Part shown: piece after piece, positions 59,881-64,000 of the stretch | Layout of the letters: the number at the start of each line of letters is the position of its first letter | Position numbering within the stretch: the first letter of the stretch is position 1 | NCBI GenBank assembly: GCA_937873495.1 | Contig: CALMXZ010000011.1 | Span: 344,808-408,807 of the forward strand | Length of the DNA stretch: 64,000 nt | Source: an uncultured Trueperaceae bacterium | Lineage (GTDB): Bacteria > Deinococcota > Deinococci > Deinococcales > Trueperaceae | Direction: 5' to 3' | The notes under the pieces: generated by a model | Told to the model about the DNA's origin: nothing | Databases searched by the model: none | The model's input: only the letters and a program-made list of their open reading frames with translations | Position numbers and translations under genes: made by a program

Positions 59881-60312
59881 GTGGCGACCCTGACTCGTGT
59901 CCTCCTCGCGCTTCTGACGCTGGCCGCGCTGCTCCTGCTGGCCGCGTCGGTGGCGAGCAAGGCGTGGCTCTGGCTCCTATGCGCGGCGGTCGTCTTCCTG
60001 TTCGTGTACGCCCGCAACGGCACGTACGCCACCCTCATGCTCGGGGCGCTCCTGGCAGGCGCCGCCGTCGGTAGCCTGCTCGAGGTGGCGCTGCGGTGGC
60101 AGGGGGCGTTCCTCATGAGCATCGGCGCTGCGGCCATCACGGTCGAGGCCATCGAGGAGCGGCCGGGCAACTGGGCGTTCGTGTTTGGCGTCGCGTTCGT
60201 CGGGATCGGCACGGCGGTCGCGCTGGCGAGCGCAGGCACGCGCGGCTACCTCGCGTTCGTCCTCCTCGTCGCCGTTGGAGCGGCCGTGGCGGCGCTGCGG
60301 CACCGCCGCTGA
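59881..60312 (+). CDS. Small hydrophobic membrane protein (143 aa, about 4 TM)
   Basis: GTG start. Almost entirely Ala/Leu/Val/Gly TM helices. High GC3. Confidence 0.4.
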   Translation: MATLTRVLLALLTLAALLLLAASVASKAWLWLLCAAVVFLFVYARNGTYATLMLGALLAGAAVGSLLEVALRWQGAFLMSIGAAAITVEAIEERPGNWAFVFGVAFVGIGTAVALASAGTRGYLAFVLLVAVGAAVAALRHRR

Positions 60313-60638
60313 GGGCGGCCCCCGGCCGACGAGCTCGCCTGCGAGCAGCCGCGCGATGCGTTCGCCCGCTCGGTCCCATCGACGTGGGCGCCGCGAGTCG
60401 CCGCCGGGTAGACTGGACGCCGACTTGAGACCGCGGTAGCGGTCGAGCCGCGCGCAGGGCAGCACCACGCGCTTGGCACGAGGTAGCCAGGCCTGGCCCC
60501 GCCGCGATCACGGAGTTGAGCGGTTCCCGGGAAGCTGAGAGCAGCATCCGCGTCCACGCCAGCACCGTCACGCCGCCGCGCACCCTGTGAGGAAGCGAAC
60601 CGCGGGCCCACGCCTCGCGGTGGACACGCGGAGGATTC

Positions 60639-61781
60639 ATGGATCAGACGATCAACCGAGGCTTGGATGGCGTCTACATCGACACGAGCGCCATCTCGTT
60701 CATCGACGGCGGCAAGGGCCAGCTCGTCTATCGCGGCTACGACATCACGGAGCTCGCCGACAAGGCCAGCTACGAGGAGGTCGTCTACCTCCTGTGGAAC
60801 GGCAGCCTGCCCAACGCCAGGCAGTTGGCGGAGTTCCGGGCCGAGATCGCCCCGCACTACGCCGTGCCGGACACCGTGTACGACCTCTACCGCAACCTGC
60901 CCCACGGGCACTCGCCGATGCACGCCATCCGCACGGCCGCCTCGATGCTCGGCGCCTACGACGACGACCCCGACGGGGTGGACCTGCCCAACGTCCGCCG
61001 CATCGGCCTCAAGCTCCTCGCCCAGTTCCAGACCATCACCGCGGCCTACGAGCGCATCCGCCGCGGCCTCGAACCGATCGCTCCGCGCCCCGACCTCAGC
61101 CTGGCAGGCAACTTCCTCTACGCCCTCACGGGCGAGGTCCCGTCAGAGGCGGCCACGCGCGTCATGGACGTGGCGCTGGTGCTGCACGCCGAGCACGGCT
61201 CCAACGCGAGCACGTTCGTGGCCCGCGCCACCGCCTCTACCCTCACGGACGTCTACAGCGCCATCACCGCCGCCATCGGCGCCTTGAAGGGCCCTTTGCA
61301 CGGCGGCGCCAACACGGCCGTCATGCAAGCGCTCGAAGGGATCGGCGACGTGGCGGGCGTCGAGCCGTACGTGCTCGGCGTGCTCGCAAAGCCGGGCGGC
61401 CGCGTCATGGGCTTCGGTCACCGCGTCTACAAGGTCCTCGACCCGCGCGCCCAGGTGCTCAAGGAAGTCAGCCGCAAGCTCGCGCAGGAGTCGGGCGACT
61501 CCAAATGGTTCGACATGAGCCTCGAGATGGAGCGCGTGATGGACCGCGAGATGGCCAAGAAGGGCAAGGAGGTCAAGCCCAACGTGGACTTCTTCTCCGC
61601 CTCCGTCTACCGCATGCTCGGCTTCCCCTCCGACATGTACACGCCCATCTTCGCCGTGGCCCGCATCAGCGGCTGGATGGCGCACCTCTTCGAGCAGTAC
61701 GCCGACAACCGTCTCATGCGGCCCCGCCTCGCGTACTCGGGCACCATGGGGCTCGAGTTCGTGCCGCTCGAGCGGCGCTGA
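60639..61781 (+). CDS. gltA: Citrate synthase (type I, about 380 aa)
   Basis: Catalytic motifs GFGHRVYK and …HAEH…. GGAGG RBS. Confidence 0.9.
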   Translation: MDQTINRGLDGVYIDTSAISFIDGGKGQLVYRGYDITELADKASYEEVVYLLWNGSLPNARQLAEFRAEIAPHYAVPDTVYDLYRNLPHGHSPMHAIRTAASMLGAYDDDPDGVDLPNVRRIGLKLLAQFQTITAAYERIRRGLEPIAPRPDLSLAGNFLYALTGEVPSEAATRVMDVALVLHAEHGSNASTFVARATASTLTDVYSAITAAIGALKGPLHGGANTAVMQALEGIGDVAGVEPYVLGVLAKPGGRVMGFGHRVYKVLDPRAQVLKEVSRKLAQESGDSKWFDMSLEMERVMDREMAKKGKEVKPNVDFFSASVYRMLGFPSDMYTPIFAVARISGWMAHLFEQYADNRLMRPRLAYSGTMGLEFVPLERR

Positions 61782-61785
61782 GGCC

Positions 61786-63045
61786 TCAGTCGGCCGAGGC
61801 GCGCACCTGCAACCCCGCGAAGAACTCGCGCAGCCAGAGCGCGTAGCGCGCGGGGTCGTGGTTCCACGCCTCCACGTGCTCGACGCCGGGCAGGCGCAAG
61901 TACGTGAGCGGGGCTCGCACGGCGGCGGCGAAGGCGTCGACGGCGGCGATGGGCACCGTCGAGTCGTCCTCGCCCGCGATGAGTAGCACGGGCACGCCGA
62001 TGCTCGGCGCGTAGCTCGCCTGCTCAAGGCCCGCGAAGTCGGTGCCCGTGCGCAGCTGCGCCACCAGTAGCGCCAGGCGCGTGAGCGTGGCAGGCATGGG
62101 CATGCCGGCCTTAACCGCTCCGAGCTCGACGACCGCGGAGACGCTCACGAGCGGCGAATCGAGTACCAAGGCGACCACCTCTGGCGCCGCCTGCGGCCAG
62201 CGCTCGAGCGCCTCGAGGGCGACGGCCCCGCCCATCGATAGCCCGTAGAGGATCACCCGCTCGTGCCCCCGCCTGGCCAGCTCGAGGGCGCCGACCAAGG
62301 CGTCCTGCCACTCGCTGGCGCCGTAGTGGTAGAGGCCGTCCGGGCTTGGGTCGCTCGCGTCGTGGTTGCGGTACGCCAACGCCAGCACGGGCAGCCCGGC
62401 GTCGTGGAGCGCCTGGGTGAACCGCAGGGTCTCGATCAGCTCGCCGCGCCGCCGCCCGTGGAGGAGGAGAACGGCCGTGCGCTGCTCGCCGGGCACGTAC
62501 CAGGCGCGCAGGTCGCCGACCGGTCCCCGCAACGTCAGGTCCTCGAACGGCAGGCCCAGGTCGGTCTCAGGGTCGTGGCGGTAGTAGAAGTTGTCCATCC
62601 GCGCAGGCGCACCCGCCGTGGGCGGCGCGCCGCCCAGCAGCTCGACCGCGCGGGTCACCACGCCCCCGGCGTCGGAGAGCGTAGCGCCGAGGCTCCCGTA
62701 ACCCCCGTCCCACAGGACCGCGTAGGTGCCTTGCAACCGCGGGTCGGCGTGCTGCGCGGGCTGGCCCCCCGGTTGGCGGGCGCTGCCGCTCGCGCCGCCG
62801 CCCGCGGCGCCGCCCGTGGCGGCGCTACCGGCGCCAGGCTGCGCGCCCGGTTCGGGCGCCGGGAGCCCGACGGCGTAACGTCCGCCGCCGAGGTCATCGA
62901 CGCTCGCGAGCTCGAACTCCGGCATGAGCCCGTACGGGCTGGGTACGAGCACCCGGTTGGAGAGGACCCAGCCGACGGCCGCCACGGCGACGACGGCCAG
63001 GAGGAAGAGCGCTAGCGACGACCAGAGGAGCACCGCGCGCCTCAC
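61786..63045 (-). CDS. Membrane-anchored alpha/beta-hydrolase family protein
   Basis: N-terminal TM segment and Gly/Ala-rich linker. Nucleophile elbow YGLSMGGAVAL and a downstream D…H. Confidence 0.6.
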   Translation of the reverse strand: MRRAVLLWSSLALFLLAVVAVAAVGWVLSNRVLVPSPYGLMPEFELASVDDLGGGRYAVGLPAPEPGAQPGAGSAATGGAAGGGASGSARQPGGQPAQHADPRLQGTYAVLWDGGYGSLGATLSDAGGVVTRAVELLGGAPPTAGAPARMDNFYYRHDPETDLGLPFEDLTLRGPVGDLRAWYVPGEQRTAVLLLHGRRRGELIETLRFTQALHDAGLPVLALAYRNHDASDPSPDGLYHYGASEWQDALVGALELARRGHERVILYGLSMGGAVALEALERWPQAAPEVVALVLDSPLVSVSAVVELGAVKAGMPMPATLTRLALLVAQLRTGTDFAGLEQASYAPSIGVPVLLIAGEDDSTVPIAAVDAFAAAVRAPLTYLRLPGVEHVEAWNHDPARYALWLREFFAGLQVRASAD

Positions 63046-64000
63046 CAGGCCACGGCGCCGTAGGTGTCCTCACGGTCGGGGCTCGTGGAGAAGATGCTCA
63101 CCGGCACGCCGGTGCGCTCCTCGATGAGGGCGAGGTAGTCGAGGACCTCGCGAGGCAGGGCCGCGCGGCTGCCGAGCCCGCGCAGCTCGCCCCAGCCGGG
63201 CAGGTCCTCGTAGACGGGGCCGTCGGGGCCATGCTCAACGGCGACCCGCACCGTGTCGAGGCCGGAGAGGACGTCGAGCTTGGTCACGACCAGGCCGTCG
63301 AAGCCGTTGATCGCGCAGGCGTACTCGAGCTGCGGCAGGTCCAGCCAGCCGACGCGGCGGGGGCGGCCCGTCGTAGTGCCGTACTCGTCCCACTGGTTGC
63401 TGCCGCTGCCGCGCAAGCGCAGCGCCATGGCGGCCTCGGTGATCTCGGTCGGGAACGGCCCGTGGCCCACGCGGCTCGTGAACGCCTTCACGACGCCGTA
63501 GACGGCCCCGAGCGCCTTGTGGCTCACGCCGGCGCCGACGAGGATGCCGCCGACGCTTGGGTGGCTGGAGGTCACGTACGGGTACGTGCCGTAGGAGAGG
63601 TCGAGCATCGTGCCCTGGCCGCCCTCGAAGAGCACGCGCTCGCCCCGCCGCAGCGCGGACCGGACTAGCGCGCCCGTGTCGGCCACGAGGGGCGTCAGGC
63701 GCTCGCGCACGCCGGCGAGCTCGGCCATGGCGTCCGCCACGTTCGACCAGCCGACGCGGGCCGTGGAGTTCGGCTTGGCCTCGATGAGGCGCGCGAGGCG
63801 CTCGCGCAGGAGCTCGTCGTCGAGCAGGTCGCCGGCCCTGACCCCGATGCGCCTGGCCTTGTCCGAGTAGGCGGGGCCGATGCCCCGGCCGGTCGTGCCG
63901 ACGAAGCCGCCGCCCTCGTCGTTCTTCTTGTGGTGAGGGAGCACGAGGTGCGCCTCGGTGGAGACGAGCACGCGGCCGGGGTCGCGGCGCGCGCTCAGGG
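63042..64000 (-). CDS. purA: Adenylosuccinate synthetase, C-terminal part (gene continues beyond the window end)
   Basis: …GTTGRGIGPAY…, …GGQGTMLD…, …TTGRPRRVGWLD… motifs. No start codon within the window. Confidence 0.9.
   Translation of the reverse strand, partial: LSARRDPGRVLVSTEAHLVLPHHKKNDEGGGFVGTTGRGIGPAYSDKARRIGVRAGDLLDDELLRERLARLIEAKPNSTARVGWSNVADAMAELAGVRERLTPLVADTGALVRSALRRGERVLFEGGQGTMLDLSYGTYPYVTSSHPSVGGILVGAGVSHKALGAVYGVVKAFTSRVGHGPFPTEITEAAMALRLRGSGSNQWDEYGTTTGRPRRVGWLDLPQLEYACAINGFDGLVVTKLDVLSGLDTVRVAVEHGPDGPVYEDLPGWGELRGLGSRAALPREVLDYLALIEERTGVPVSIFSTSPDREDTYGAVAW

Overview
This window is a high-GC (about 70%) bacterial chromosomal segment, densely coding on both strands. The gene order alaS-ruvX-mltG and the ruvA, uvrC, purA, truB and dcd context look Deinococcota-like, but this is not proven. 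Most of the window is housekeeping: tdh-kbl, deoC, alaS, ruvX, mltG, dcd, truB, ald, ruvA, uvrC, an E1alpha/E1beta/E2 2-oxoacid dehydrogenase operon, gltA and purA. Accessory-looking stretches are mixed in.

The most important call is not in the ORF track: positions 1 to about 7968 on the minus strand are one uninterrupted coding frame. Its codon third-position GC is about 97%, whereas the listed plus-strand ORFs there are antisense shadows. It starts at ATG 7966-7968 and runs off the window start, so it is at least 2650 aa. My hand translation shows a GT-2 DxD motif and a QxxRW motif followed by a long C-terminal region, consistent with a cyclic beta-1,2-glucan synthase-like (GT84 + GH94) giant glycosyltransferase.

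Other notable modules:
- A divergently organised cassette: dcyD/CuyA-like PLP lyase, Asp/Glu-type racemase and a PhnD/C/E/E ABC importer. I interpret it as a candidate D/L-cysteate (or other amino-sulfonate/phosphonate) uptake and desulfonation system.
- A low-GC island carrying a Rieske [2Fe-2S] protein divergent from an amidohydrolase_2 enzyme, with palindromic operator-like sites in the shared promoter.
- A low-GC vapBC toxin-antitoxin pair with a TCTAGA-type operator, next to MoxR-DUF58 and upstream of an orphan ABC permease pair plus malQ.
- An SPFH operon with a secreted serine hydrolase and an Arc-type RHH protein instead of NfeD.
- A two-component operon with a small secreted protein, divergent from a TPR-CPBP intramembrane protease.
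- A short (about 80 nt) AT-rich codon patch inside dcd.

No rRNA, tRNA, CRISPR array, transposase or integrase was recognised. Coordinates of internal starts were derived by codon arithmetic from the ORF track. At one place (near 43366) my direct reading of the printed sequence is shifted by 1 nt relative to the track, so exact ends may be off by 1.
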